Of a stretch of 32,000 nt of DNA, positions 21,668-31,322 are shown piece after piece (the first letter of the stretch is position 1; each line of letters starts with the position of its first letter). The notes below the pieces were generated by a model. It made no database searches. It was not told where the DNA came from and saw nothing but the letters and a program-made list of their open reading frames with translations. Source of the stretch: Halogeometricum borinquense DSM 11551 (lineage in GTDB: Archaea > Halobacteriota > Halobacteria > Halobacteriales > Haloferacaceae); assembly GCF_000172995.2 (NCBI RefSeq), contig NC_014729.1:1980001-2012000 (forward strand), written 5' to 3'. A program made the position numbers and the translations under genes.

Positions 21668-22864
21668 ATGTCCGCACAAATCGACCCGACACAGGCCCCC
21701 GACGCCCCCGCAGAGAGCGTCGCGTCCGCGCTGGCCGACGCCGCGTTTGTTCGCGTTGTCTGCCGCGCTGACGGCGACGCACTCGCCGCTGGAGGGTTAC
21801 TCGCCCGCGCGCTCAGACGCACGAGCGTACCGTTCCACGTGCGAGCCGGTTCCTTCGTTTCGATGCCGGACGCACCGGACGACGACGGGGTTCTGCTCGC
21901 GGTCGGAACTGACGTCTCGGATGCAGATGCAACCGTCGCCCCCGACGATGGGGCGACGAGTCGCCGCGCCTACGAGGTCGCAGCGGCGCTGACGCCAGCG
22001 GGCGAACCCGGACCCGATCCGGTGCTCGCACTCGCCGGTATTGTCGCGGCTGGAGAACATCCGGGTGCGACGGACGGCGGTTTGCTCTCCGTCGCAGAAG
22101 AGACGGGCGCAGTCGAACGACGCCCCGGAATCGCGGCACCCGTCGCCGACCTCGCGGATGGACTCGCACACACGACGCTCGCACACGCGTCGTTTTCGGG
22201 TGACCGGGAGGCGGTTACTGCCGTCCTCGCAGACCTCGATTTACCTGCGGAACCCGACGACGCGGCACACCGGACGCTCGCTTCATTGGTCGCACTCGAC
22301 GTGGCCGGCGACGACGATGCGACCGTGCGCGCCGCCGAATCGGTCGAACGCGCGTTCAAGCCGTATGCGACGCCCGACGCGCCGTTTACGACGCTCGGCG
22401 GCTACGCCGACGTGTTGGACGCCGTCGCGCGGGAACGACCCGGAACCGGCGTCGCACTCGCACTCGGACACGAGACGCGCGTTCCGGCGCTAGAGGCGTG
22501 GCGCGATCACGCCGCCGCCGCACACCGCACGCTCAGCGAGGGACACACCGGGCGCTACGAAGGCGTTCACGTGGTCCGCGCTACCGACGCGGTGGCGACA
22601 CATCCGGGTCGCCTCGCTACCGTCGCACGACTCGCACGCGACTTCCGCTCGCCCGAACCGATGGCACTCGTCATCGGCGACGGCGTCGCGGCGCTCGCGG
22701 CAGTCGAACACGGTGCAGCGAGAGCGGCCTCGGCCGTCGCCGACGAGTTCGGTGGCGTTGACGCGGGCGCGTGGTCGGGCGATGCACGTCGAGCGGTCGT
22801 CAGATTCGACGCGGACACACCGGAAGCCGAGATCATCGCAGCTGTCAGGGAGGCATCGACGTGA
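21668..22864 (+). CDS. RecJ-like DHH-superfamily protein (degenerate motifs)
   Basis: 398 aa, Ala/Asp-rich. N-terminal VRVVCRADGDALAAGGLLARAL resembles DHH motif I/II context. Its position between rps15 and pcc1 matches what I recall for haloarchaeal RecJ-like paralogs. Not verified by search. Confidence 0.55.
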   Translation: MSAQIDPTQAPDAPAESVASALADAAFVRVVCRADGDALAAGGLLARALRRTSVPFHVRAGSFVSMPDAPDDDGVLLAVGTDVSDADATVAPDDGATSRRAYEVAAALTPAGEPGPDPVLALAGIVAAGEHPGATDGGLLSVAEETGAVERRPGIAAPVADLADGLAHTTLAHASFSGDREAVTAVLADLDLPAEPDDAAHRTLASLVALDVAGDDDATVRAAESVERAFKPYATPDAPFTTLGGYADVLDAVARERPGTGVALALGHETRVPALEAWRDHAAAAHRTLSEGHTGRYEGVHVVRATDAVATHPGRLATVARLARDFRSPEPMALVIGDGVAALAAVEHGAARAASAVADEFGGVDAGAWSGDARRAVVRFDADTPEAEIIAAVREAST

Positions 22865-23130
22865 CGAACGAGCGAGACGGAAGCGGGACCGACGAGTCCC
22901 CCTCTCGCACTGCCCGCCTGCGGACGACGCACGCCGACGCCGACGCGGTGGCGGCGGCGCTTCGTCCCGACAATACCGACTCCATCGAGATGGTCGTCGA
23001 GGGGAACACCCTCGTGACGACCATCACACGGGAGACGACCGGCGGGCTGCAGTCCACGGTGGACGACACCGTGGTCAACCTGACGGTGGCAGACGCCGTC
23101 ATCGACACAGCACGAACCCACAACATATGA
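22861..23130 (+). CDS. pcc1: KEOPS complex Pcc1-like subunit
   Basis: The GTG start overlaps the previous stop (GTGA). ADAVAAALRPDNTDSIEMVVEGNTLVTTITRETTGGLQSTVDDTVVNLTVADAVI fits the small Pcc1 fold pattern. Confidence 0.7.
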   Translation: MTNERDGSGTDESPSRTARLRTTHADADAVAAALRPDNTDSIEMVVEGNTLVTTITRETTGGLQSTVDDTVVNLTVADAVIDTARTHNI

Positions 23131-23774
23131 GCGAACGATCAGTCTCGAAGCAGAAACGCGGCAAGCGATGGTACACCCTGATCGCACCGGAGCAGTTCGA
23201 CCGGGAAGAGCTGGGTGAGACCATGGCCGACGAACCGGAGAAAGTAGACGGTCGCACTATCGAGGTCACCCTCGGTGACCTGACCGGCGACCAAGGCGCA
23301 AACAACACGAAGCTCACCTTCAAGGTGAACGACGTGTCCAGCGACTCGGCGTACACCGAGTTCATCAAGCACGAACTCGCACGGGACTACCTCCGTAGTC
23401 TCGTCCGCCGTGGCGCATCAAAGATCTCCGCCAGCATCACGGTGCTGACGAAGGACGACTACCGCGTCCAGATTCAGCCCGTGGCGTTCACGACGAAGAA
23501 GGCCGACCGCAGTCAGGAACAGGCCATCCGTCGCGTGATGATCGACTTCGTCGAAGAGGCCGCACAGGAACGAACCTTCGAAGAACTCGTCGACAGCGCT
23601 GTTGTTGACGGGCGTCTCTCCTCCGCCATCTACGGCGAGGCCAAGACCATCTACCCGCTCCGCCGGGTCGAGGTCCAGAAGCTCACCCTCGAAGCGCGTC
23701 CCGAAGAGGTCGCCGCCGAGGAAGAGGCTGCCGTGGACGTGGACGAAGAAGACATCGCCGTCGACGAAGCGTAA
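23127..23774 (+). CDS. rps3ae: 30S ribosomal protein S3Ae (eS1)
   Basis: ATGA overlap with pcc1. KRGKRWYTLIAPEQF...KLTFKVNDVSSDSAYTEFIKHELARDYLRSLVRRG is the eS1 signature. Confidence 0.92.
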   Translation: MSERSVSKQKRGKRWYTLIAPEQFDREELGETMADEPEKVDGRTIEVTLGDLTGDQGANNTKLTFKVNDVSSDSAYTEFIKHELARDYLRSLVRRGASKISASITVLTKDDYRVQIQPVAFTTKKADRSQEQAIRRVMIDFVEEAAQERTFEELVDSAVVDGRLSSAIYGEAKTIYPLRRVEVQKLTLEARPEEVAAEEEAAVDVDEEDIAVDEA

Positions 23775-23838
23775 CTTCGACGCGACACTCCCATTTCGAC
23801 TTTTCTCAGACTCGTGAGCCGCGGCGCTCGAAAAGCAA

Positions 23839-24282
23839 CTACTCTTCGACGATGATTGTACCGACCATTCCCTGCGCTTCATGCGGGATACAGAGATACT
23901 GATACTCGCCGGGGATCTCGAACGTGTGCGAGAAAGACTGGCCGCTGTCGATGAGGCCGCCGATTTCGTTGTTGAAGGCGTCGCGGGCGGCTTTCGTACT
24001 TTCGTAGTCGCCGCTTGCGAAGAACTCGGCATCGTCGGGGATTCGGTCGTCGTAGGCGGTGACAGTGTGTCCACGGGAACTCGTATTCTGCCAAACGACC
24101 TCGTCACCGACCGAAACGGTGAGCGACGAGGGGTTGAACGCAACGGCAGTCATTCCCACGTCGTAGTCGCCTTGACCGGATGTCGAACAGCCGGCGAGTC
24201 CCGCGGCGGCGACAGATCCGATCCCGGCGAGAAATCGACGCCGCGACGATCCGTCGGCACGTTGCCGTTCCTGCATACTCAC
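23839..24282 (-). CDS. Halocyanin-type blue copper protein, Tat signal plus lipobox
   Basis: SRRRFLAGIGSVAAAGLAGC is a twin-arginine motif with a lipobox Cys. The cupredoxin ligand pattern is GHTV ... YLCIPHEAQGM. Confidence 0.85.
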   Translation of the reverse strand: MSMQERQRADGSSRRRFLAGIGSVAAAGLAGCSTSGQGDYDVGMTAVAFNPSSLTVSVGDEVVWQNTSSRGHTVTAYDDRIPDDAEFFASGDYESTKAARDAFNNEIGGLIDSGQSFSHTFEIPGEYQYLCIPHEAQGMVGTIIVEE

Positions 24283-24411
24283 GAGTCAGGCGTCAAAGGG
24301 TAAATGCGGCGCGGTCGGCGCCTCGAAATCGACGTGCGGACCCGATCCGAGGCGTCGCCCCGACGGCAGTGGATATAAACACGTAAAGCGACGGTCGTCC
24401 ACGCCGAGAGT

Positions 24412-25110
24412 ATGAAGCCCCGGTTCGTCGGCAAGATGGGTTTAGCCGACGCGGTAACCGTTGCCAATGCCGCTCTCGGCTTTTTCGCGGCCGTCGCGGC
24501 GACGGTCAGCATCACGCTCGCGGCGCGACTCATCCTCCTCGCCGCCATCGCTGATGCCCTCGATGGCGTTATCGCCCGTCGGCGCGGCGGAACGGCCGTC
24601 GGTGAGTATCTCGATGCACTGGCTGACGTCGCTTCCTTTGGCGTCGCCCCTGCCCTCCTCGTCGCTATCGCAGTGCGGGAAGCGTGGTCGGACCCAGTTC
24701 GGGTTGGCATCGCACTCGTTGGAACAGCACTGTTTGTCGCCGCGGCGGTGACGCGACTGGGTCTCTACACCGCCTACGACAGCGACCTCGCTGAGACGGA
24801 AGGCGTCCAGACGACGCTGGCGGCGACCATTCTCTCGGCCGGCGTCCTCGCGGGATTCTCCGACCCAATCGTTCTCGTCCCGCTCGTCTACCTACTGGCC
24901 GTGTTGATGGTGACGACGATTACCTACCCCGATCTGCACGCACAGGACGCGCTCGTCATGGGTATCGTCCAAGCACTCGCTATTCTCCTGTCGGGACCGT
25001 ACGGTCGCCGTCTGGTGGGTGACTTGGGCCGCGGGTTCGCGTTCGGACTGCTGTTTCTCGCACTCGCGTACCTGTTCTTCGGGCCGATGTTCTACTGGCG
25101 GCGGGACTGA
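24412..25110 (+). CDS. pssA: CDP-alcohol phosphatidyltransferase, archaetidylserine-synthase type
   Basis: Motif DALDGVIARRRGGTAVGEYLDALADVASFG (D-G-x2-A-R-x8-G-x3-D-x3-D) in a polytopic membrane protein of 232 aa. Confidence 0.75.
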   Translation: MKPRFVGKMGLADAVTVANAALGFFAAVAATVSITLAARLILLAAIADALDGVIARRRGGTAVGEYLDALADVASFGVAPALLVAIAVREAWSDPVRVGIALVGTALFVAAAVTRLGLYTAYDSDLAETEGVQTTLAATILSAGVLAGFSDPIVLVPLVYLLAVLMVTTITYPDLHAQDALVMGIVQALAILLSGPYGRRLVGDLGRGFAFGLLFLALAYLFFGPMFYWRRD

Positions 25111-25131
25111 CGCTGCAACTCCGCGACTCGG

Positions 25132-25407
25132 CTACATCCCCATATCTTCGGCATCCTCGGGTACCGGCAGGTCGTGCGGCGAGACACCGAGGAGTTCCGC
25201 CGCGTGATCGAGCGCCATGTCGAACCCGTAGTACCGTTCGAGTTCGTCGCCGTCGGCGGTCGGACGGACTTTCAGCATCGCGTAGCCCTCGCGGTTCTGT
25301 GCGATGGCGGCGGTAGTTCTTCCGTTGTCGAACGTGAGAATGCGCTCGGACTCGGTTTCGTAGTACTTGGCAGTGATTCCGTTTGCCGTCGCCTCGGTTT
25401 CAGTCAT
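25132..25407 (-). CDS. Small acidic hypothetical protein
   Basis: ATG at 25407 within ORF 25132-25641 (MTETEATANGITAKYYETESERILTFDNG...). The upstream ORF part is Arg-rich and non-protein-like. Confidence 0.5.
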   Translation of the reverse strand: MTETEATANGITAKYYETESERILTFDNGRTTAAIAQNREGYAMLKVRPTADGDELERYYGFDMALDHAAELLGVSPHDLPVPEDAEDMGM

Positions 25408-25502
25408 AGGCGGGCCTAGGCAGGGCCGGTAATCGAAACTACCGGTTCCGGCGGCCGCCCGCGAACGAAAGTGACGTGTTCCCGTCGGCCGACCGACCGA
25501 GT

Positions 25503-25829
25503 ATGTGGTTTCAGAGCGGTCGCCGGCGCGACCTCTGTGCGATTCTCTACGACGCGGGCGAACTTCGCGGACAGAAACTGAAGACGCGACTGGAAGCGTA
25601 CTACGACACGCGAATCGATCCCCAATCGTTCTACGGCACACTCGACGCCCTCGTTTCGAAGGGTTACCTCGTCCGCCGAACCGAGGGGATTCACGACGTG
25701 TACGAACTCACCGACCCCGGTGTGCGAGGCGTCGAATCGTACTACGACTGGCTCACAAAACGCGTCGAACCGAAGGAACAAGAGCGTCGCAAGGACGACA
25801 GCAGAGCGGGAACTACCGATAGCAGGTAG
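25503..25829 (+). CDS. PadR-family winged-helix transcriptional regulator
   Basis: RRRDLCAILYDAGELRGQKLKTRLEAYYDTRIDPQSFYGTLDALVSKGYLVRRTEG. GTG 25476 is an alternative start. Confidence 0.75.
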   Translation: MWFQSGRRRDLCAILYDAGELRGQKLKTRLEAYYDTRIDPQSFYGTLDALVSKGYLVRRTEGIHDVYELTDPGVRGVESYYDWLTKRVEPKEQERRKDDSRAGTTDSR

Positions 25830-26978
25830 CTATTGCTCCTGTCGGAGTCGGTCGCCGATGGTGTTCCGCAGAATCTCGCTCGTCCCTTCGTAAATCTCGT
25901 TGAGTTTGGCGTCGCGGTAGTAGCGTTCGGCCGGGAAGTCCTTCGTGTAGCCGTAGCCCCCGTGAATCTGGATGCCCTCGTTCGCAACCTCGCGGCTGAT
26001 CTCGGAGGCGTACAGCTTCGCCTGCGCGGCCTCTTTGATGTATGATTCGCCACGGATCTTCAGATCGGCGGCTTTGTGCATCAGCATCTTCGCCGCCTGC
26101 ACTTTGGTGTCCATGTCGGCGAGTTTGTGCTTTATCGCCTGGAACTCGGCGATAGGCTGGTCGAACTGCTCTCTGTCGTCGGCGTACGCCACCGCATCGT
26201 CCAACGCGGCGCGGGCGATGCCGATAGAGCGCGCAGCGATAGTGATACGACCGCCGTTCAGCGTCTTCAGCGCTTGCACGAAGCCCTCGCCTTCCTCACC
26301 GAGCAGTCGGTCTTCGGGGATGCGCATCTCGTCGAAACGAAGTTCGGCCGTCGGACAGCCTTTGTCGCCGAGTTTGTCCTCGGTTCCCTCGACGATGAAG
26401 CCGTCGTCCTCCTCGGGGCGAACGACGAACGAGGAGATGCCCTTGTTTCCGGCGTCAGGGTCGGTCTTGGCGAAAACAGTCACCGTGTCGGCGACGGAGC
26501 CGTTCGAAATCCAGAGTTTGCCGCCGTTGATAACGTACTCGTCATCGTCTTTCGTCGCCGTCGTGTCCATTGCAGGCACGTCGCTTCCCGCACCGGCCTC
26601 AGAGAGTGCGAACGCGCCGATATCTTCGCCCGTGTTCAGCGACGTCAGATACTCCTGCTTCTGTGCCTCGTCCCCGAACTCGTAGAGCATGTTGCCCGCA
26701 AGAGATGTGTGAGCGGCGACGACGGTCCCGAGTCCGCCGCTTCCGCGACTGATCTCTTCGAGACCGATAGCGTAGGAGTGGTAGTCGAGTCCAGCCCCGT
26801 CGTACTCTTCGGGGAACGGCATTCCCATCAGTCCCAACTCGGCCATCTCCGAGATGAGGTCGTCAGGGAACTCATCTGTCTCGTCAATCTCCGCCGCACG
26901 CGGACGTATCTCTTCGTCAACGAACTCGGACACCATGTCGCGTATCTGTCGCTGTTCTGCGGAGAGTGCGAAGTCCAT
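25830..26978 (-). CDS. Acyl-CoA dehydrogenase
   Basis: MDFALSAEQRQIRDMV... through ...YEGTSEILRNTIGDRL is full-length ACAD architecture. The ORF extends to ATG 26993 (MKEYR-), an alternative start. Confidence 0.9.
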   Translation of the reverse strand: MDFALSAEQRQIRDMVSEFVDEEIRPRAAEIDETDEFPDDLISEMAELGLMGMPFPEEYDGAGLDYHSYAIGLEEISRGSGGLGTVVAAHTSLAGNMLYEFGDEAQKQEYLTSLNTGEDIGAFALSEAGAGSDVPAMDTTATKDDDEYVINGGKLWISNGSVADTVTVFAKTDPDAGNKGISSFVVRPEEDDGFIVEGTEDKLGDKGCPTAELRFDEMRIPEDRLLGEEGEGFVQALKTLNGGRITIAARSIGIARAALDDAVAYADDREQFDQPIAEFQAIKHKLADMDTKVQAAKMLMHKAADLKIRGESYIKEAAQAKLYASEISREVANEGIQIHGGYGYTKDFPAERYYRDAKLNEIYEGTSEILRNTIGDRLRQEQ

Positions 26979-27079
26979 ACGATATTCTTTCATCGTTGTT
27001 ACTTTACGTTATCTCTCTTGATTTGCGGACAGCCCCACGAGACTTTTTAATCCCCATTCCGTAGAGAGGTACACTCCGA

Positions 27080-28150
27080 ATGTCTCAGCAGGATGAACGT
27101 CCCCAGGTCGACCGAACTGACCTCGAATGGTGTCACGAGGCGGTTCAGGGGGTCTCTCGCACTTTCGCACTGACCGTGGACGTCCTCGATGAACCCATGT
27201 CGTCTTACATCTGCGTCGGCTATCTCGTCTGCCGCATCGCGGACACGGTCGAGGACGCGTCTCGCATCTCGCCGCCCGAACAAGCAGACCTCCTTCGAAC
27301 GTACGACGCCGTTCTCGACCCCGACAACGACACCACTGTCGAGGAGTTCGTGACCGCCGTCGAACCGCACCTCCCGGAGGAGATGAACGATGACTGGCGC
27401 GTCGTCCGCGACGCTCCACGCGTGATTCGAACGTTCGAGCATCTCCCCGAAGATGTCCGCAACGCAGTCACGCCGCCCGCCCGCGAACTCGTGCAGGGAA
27501 TGGCCCTGTTCGTCGAACGCTACGACGATACCGGCGGCCTACGCATCCAGTCGCGTGAGGAACTCGAAGAGTACTGCTACTACGCGGCAGGCACCGTCGG
27601 GAATCTCATTACGAATCTCGTCACCCGCGGGGACATCTCCGCGGACCGCCGCCGCCAACTCTACGACACCGCAGAGCAGTTCGGTCTTCTCCTGCAACTC
27701 GTCAACATCTCGAAAGATGTCTACGACGACTACACCGCAGAAAACAACGTCTACCTCCCGGCCGAGTGGTTGGCCGCAGAGGGCGTTCCGCAGGACGAAG
27801 TCGTCGCCCCAGAACACGAGGAGGCGGCCTCCTCTGTCGTCCGCCGAACCGCCGAACACGCCGCGTCGTTCTTGGACGATGCACAGACGTATCTGGAGAC
27901 GGTTCCCGCGACGGACGGCAACACGCTCGCGGCGTGGGCCGTCCCGTTTCTTCTGTCGGTCGGAACGCTCCGCGAACTGCTTGCGCGTCCCGAAGACGCC
28001 CTCTCGAAGACGGGCGTGAAAGTATCCAGAAAGGAAGTGTTCGCCGTCGTCGCGGAGATGTCCGGCGACACCAACCGTGACGCGCTCGCGGAGATACGAG
28101 AACAAATCGCCGCGCAACCGTACCACCGCGCGCCGACGAGCGCGGACTGA
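27080..28150 (+). CDS. Squalene/phytoene synthase family protein (farnesyl-diphosphate farnesyltransferase-like)
   Basis: VSRTFALTVDVL...YLVCRIADTVEDA and YCYYAAGTVGNLITNL...LQLVNISKDVYDD are the two Asp-rich-type trans-isoprenyl diphosphate synthase head-to-head motifs. A TTTTTAAT element lies about 30 nt upstream. Confidence 0.85.
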   Translation: MSQQDERPQVDRTDLEWCHEAVQGVSRTFALTVDVLDEPMSSYICVGYLVCRIADTVEDASRISPPEQADLLRTYDAVLDPDNDTTVEEFVTAVEPHLPEEMNDDWRVVRDAPRVIRTFEHLPEDVRNAVTPPARELVQGMALFVERYDDTGGLRIQSREELEEYCYYAAGTVGNLITNLVTRGDISADRRRQLYDTAEQFGLLLQLVNISKDVYDDYTAENNVYLPAEWLAAEGVPQDEVVAPEHEEAASSVVRRTAEHAASFLDDAQTYLETVPATDGNTLAAWAVPFLLSVGTLRELLARPEDALSKTGVKVSRKEVFAVVAEMSGDTNRDALAEIREQIAAQPYHRAPTSAD

Positions 28151-28212
28151 ACACCTCGCCTTCTGGCCACAACTTGGGAGGATTTTTAGTAGTCCGCTGG
28201 TTACTGCCGCCC

Positions 28213-29082
28213 ATGGGTACCGAAGAAGCACACGACGACCACGGACACCATCTCCCCGCCGTGGAGGACTGGCCACGCGGATTCGGCGAGGCGAGCTGGT
28301 GGCCGTTCGTCACTGCGGTCGGCGCGGCTGGCATCTACGCTGGTGCGGGCCTTTACATCCTCGGGCGCGGCGAGAACGCAATCGTCGGTCAGATGGTTGG
28401 TCCCGCGGCGTTCGCCGGGAGCGTCGCCATCTTCCTCGCCGGACTGTACGGTTGGGTGTACCACGCGTTCGTGAGTCACTTCTGGTCGCGCGACGCCTCC
28501 GAGAAGGGCGCGAACAAGCTTCGCTGGGGGATGATCGCATTCCTCGGCTCCGAACTCGGCACGTTCGGTGCGTTGTTCGGCTATTACTTCTACATCAGAG
28601 CGGGCGACTGGAACGAAATACTGGTCGGTGTACCCGAACTCACCGGGTCGTTAGTGCTCATTAACACCGCACTCCTGGTCGCATCATCGATCACCCTTCA
28701 CTGGGCGCACGTCGCCATTCGGAACAACGACCGGGGTAAGTTCCTCTCCGGACTCGCGGTGACGCTGCTCCTCGGTATCATCTTCATCGGCGGGCAGGTG
28801 TACGAGTACTACGAGTTCATCGTCCACTCCGACTTCACGATCACCTCAGGTCTGTTCGGGTCGGCGTTCTTCGGCCTGACTGGCCTGCACGGCCTGCACG
28901 TCAGCCTCGGTGCGGTTCTTCTCGGCATCGTCTTCATCCGCGCACTCGCCGGTCAGTACTCCGCTGAACGCCACGTTTCGGTTAGTACGGCCTCGATGTA
29001 CTGGCACTTCGTGGACGTGGTGTGGATCTTCCTCGTCGTCGTCCTGTACGTCGGCGCGGAACTCGGCACCGGCGCGTTCTAG
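28213..29082 (+). CDS. Heme-copper (cytochrome c) oxidase subunit III
   Basis: ATG 28213. Polytopic, with LFGSAFFGLTGLHGLHVSLGAVLL and MYWHFVDVVWIFLVVVLYV, hallmark subunit III motifs. Confidence 0.85.
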   Translation: MGTEEAHDDHGHHLPAVEDWPRGFGEASWWPFVTAVGAAGIYAGAGLYILGRGENAIVGQMVGPAAFAGSVAIFLAGLYGWVYHAFVSHFWSRDASEKGANKLRWGMIAFLGSELGTFGALFGYYFYIRAGDWNEILVGVPELTGSLVLINTALLVASSITLHWAHVAIRNNDRGKFLSGLAVTLLLGIIFIGGQVYEYYEFIVHSDFTITSGLFGSAFFGLTGLHGLHVSLGAVLLGIVFIRALAGQYSAERHVSVSTASMYWHFVDVVWIFLVVVLYVGAELGTGAF

Positions 29083-29185
29083 CGAGTCACCGCGGACGCG
29101 GACGACTCATCCGACTTTTCCTGCGACTCTAACCCGTGACTGACGAGTTCTCTCCTCGTCGTATCGATACCAAACAAAGCGGAGA

Positions 29186-30844
29186 TCAGCCGCAAACGAC
29201 GTTGAACTGGTTAATGTCGTCGTCCGTTCCAGCGACGATAAGCGTGTCCTCAGACCGGATCGTGAAGTCGGGACCGACCTCGGTGAGGAGTTCGTCGTTC
29301 CGTTCGACGGCGATGACCGTGCAGTTCGTCCGCGCACGAACGTCGGCCTCGGCCAGCGTCTGGCCCGCAATCTGCGGTGCGGTAGTGCGGACGATTTCGA
29401 CCTGTGACTCCGGTGCGATGACCTCTTCTTCCGTCAGATTCGACGCGAGGATTCGGCCGCTCACCGTGGAGAGCGCAAGGACGTACTCGGCACCCGCCCG
29501 GTAGAGTTTGGCGATGCTTTCGGCGTCGTTGGCGCGGGCGATGACCTCCGTTTCCGGCGACAGTTGCTTGATAACGAGAGTTGCGAAGATAGCCGTCGTG
29601 TCGTTGTCGAGCGCCAAAATAACGCTCTGGCCCTCGTCGATGTCGGCCGAGAGGAACGCCTGCTTGTTCGTCGCATCACCGATGACATCCACGCCGGGCT
29701 TGTCCACCTCGTCGAGAACGAGACTCGGCACGTTAGCCGAGACGAGCGCGTCCGCGGCCGTCGCACCCACTTCGCCGTACCCCGCGACGATGACTTTCCC
29801 CCGCCGGAACCGCCGCGTCTCCGACCGGGTGAGTTCCTTCAGCCGCTCTAACTGCTCCTCGCGGCCGGTGACGAGAAGAATCGTGTGTTCGTCAACGACG
29901 GCTTCGGGGTCCGGTGGCGTGACGAACTCGCCGCGGAACCACGCGCCGATGATGTTTACTCCCGTCCGCCGACCGATTGCGCTCTCCGCGATGGTGTCGC
30001 CTTCGAGCGCCGAGTCACGCTGGACCAACACCTCGGCCACCTCGAAGTCGTCACCGATTTCGATAGCGCCGTCGATGTCGGCGGCGATGGGCGAGGCGGC
30101 TTTCCGAGCCAGACTCTCCCCGAGAATACGGCGGGGAGAGACCACCTCGTCAGCACCGGCGTATTTGTGATAGTCCGACAACGTCCCATCCTCGATGAGG
30201 CTGATGACGTGCAGATCAGGGGCCGCCTGCTTCGCAGAGAGGATGATCGAAGCGTTCGTCTCGTCGTCGTCGTCAGCGACGAGTGCCATCGCGTCCTCGG
30301 CGTTTGCGGCCTCCAGCGTGTCCACCGATTCAGGATTGCCGTGGACCACCTCATACTCCTCGGCGTAGAGACGTTGGGCCGTCTCCCTATCCTCGTCAAC
30401 GACGACGTACGGCACGCCACGCGACTCCAGTTCCTCGACCAGCGTATCGCCCCGCGAGGTGAACGAGCAGATGATGACGTGATCCGTCTGTTCTGTCGTC
30501 GCCGGTGGTGCGGTCCGTAACGCCTCTTCGACTAACGGGACGAGAAACAGCGGAAGCGTCAGAAAGATGACTGTCACGCCCGACACCATCATCGGAATCG
30601 TGATGAGTTTCATCGCGTCCGTCGTCCATCGCGCGGCGTCCTCACCGTACCCCGTCGTGGTGAACGTCTCCACGACCACGTGCAACGCATCGATATAGGA
30701 AACGGAAGTCCCCTCAAACGTCGCCATCCCCCACTGATACAACGCAGCGTATCCGAGCATCAGGACGGCCACGCCGGAGAGATACAACACGAGGCGGCGC
30801 TTCGCGCCGGACAGTGTCTCGGCAGGGCCATCGACCATATCCAC
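29186..30844 (-). CDS. Potassium channel with tandem RCK (TrkA-N/TrkA-C) domains
   Basis: Selectivity filter TTTGYGE after two TM helices, then two Rossmann-like GxGxxG segments (VIICSF..., VIVAGYGEVG). Start GTG 30844 or ATG 30838. Confidence 0.85.
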   Translation of the reverse strand: MDMVDGPAETLSGAKRRLVLYLSGVAVLMLGYAALYQWGMATFEGTSVSYIDALHVVVETFTTTGYGEDAARWTTDAMKLITIPMMVSGVTVIFLTLPLFLVPLVEEALRTAPPATTEQTDHVIICSFTSRGDTLVEELESRGVPYVVVDEDRETAQRLYAEEYEVVHGNPESVDTLEAANAEDAMALVADDDDETNASIILSAKQAAPDLHVISLIEDGTLSDYHKYAGADEVVSPRRILGESLARKAASPIAADIDGAIEIGDDFEVAEVLVQRDSALEGDTIAESAIGRRTGVNIIGAWFRGEFVTPPDPEAVVDEHTILLVTGREEQLERLKELTRSETRRFRRGKVIVAGYGEVGATAADALVSANVPSLVLDEVDKPGVDVIGDATNKQAFLSADIDEGQSVILALDNDTTAIFATLVIKQLSPETEVIARANDAESIAKLYRAGAEYVLALSTVSGRILASNLTEEEVIAPESQVEIVRTTAPQIAGQTLAEADVRARTNCTVIAVERNDELLTEVGPDFTIRSEDTLIVAGTDDDINQFNVVCG

Positions 30845-30890
30845 CCGGTGGAACCCCGGGGGCTAAAAGGCCGCCGTCCGTCAGTGGCCC

Positions 30891-31220
30891 ATGAGCCGCC
30901 GCCGTGACGCAATCGCCACGCTGGCCGTTCTGATCCCGACTCTCGCCACCGTGGTGGTCTGTAACTCCCCCGTGACTCCGTTCGCTGTCGGCGCTGGCGC
31001 GGCGGGCGCACTCGCCATCGAAGCGCTTCTATCGCTTCGTGCGACCCGCGTCCGGAGAGAATGGGAACGACCGGCCGTACAACTGGCGTCTGTCGCTGTC
31101 GGACTCGTCGTCGCTGCTGTCGGCGTCGCTGTTCTGGGACCGCTCGCCGCGACGGTCCTCGCCGCCGGACTCTGCACGTACCTCGGCTTCCTCGTGGCGC
31201 TGACGCTTCTCGGCCGGTGA
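30891..31220 (+). CDS. Small hydrophobic membrane protein (hypothetical)
   Basis: 109 aa, 3-4 Ala/Val/Leu-rich helices, divergent from the channel gene. No family recognised. Confidence 0.45.
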   Translation: MSRRRDAIATLAVLIPTLATVVVCNSPVTPFAVGAGAAGALAIEALLSLRATRVRREWERPAVQLASVAVGLVVAAVGVAVLGPLAATVLAAGLCTYLGFLVALTLLGR

Positions 31221-31322
31221 GTTCCGACCGCAGTCTCGTCTGGCGACCACACGAGTGATCGCAGGCGGCGAAAACGAACAACCTGCACAATATTTATTCA
31301 CGATTGTCACTTTGGTACGACG

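Noticed and set aside
26076-27050. 324-aa + strand ORF (and 237-aa ORF 25972-26685)
   Set aside because: Both are antisense to a full-length, clearly recognisable acyl-CoA dehydrogenase, so they are shadow ORFs.
27539-28334. Minus-strand ORFs of 245, 210 and 139 aa
   Set aside because: They are antisense to the squalene/phytoene-synthase-like gene and the start of the oxidase subunit III gene, with Arg-rich, low-complexity translations.
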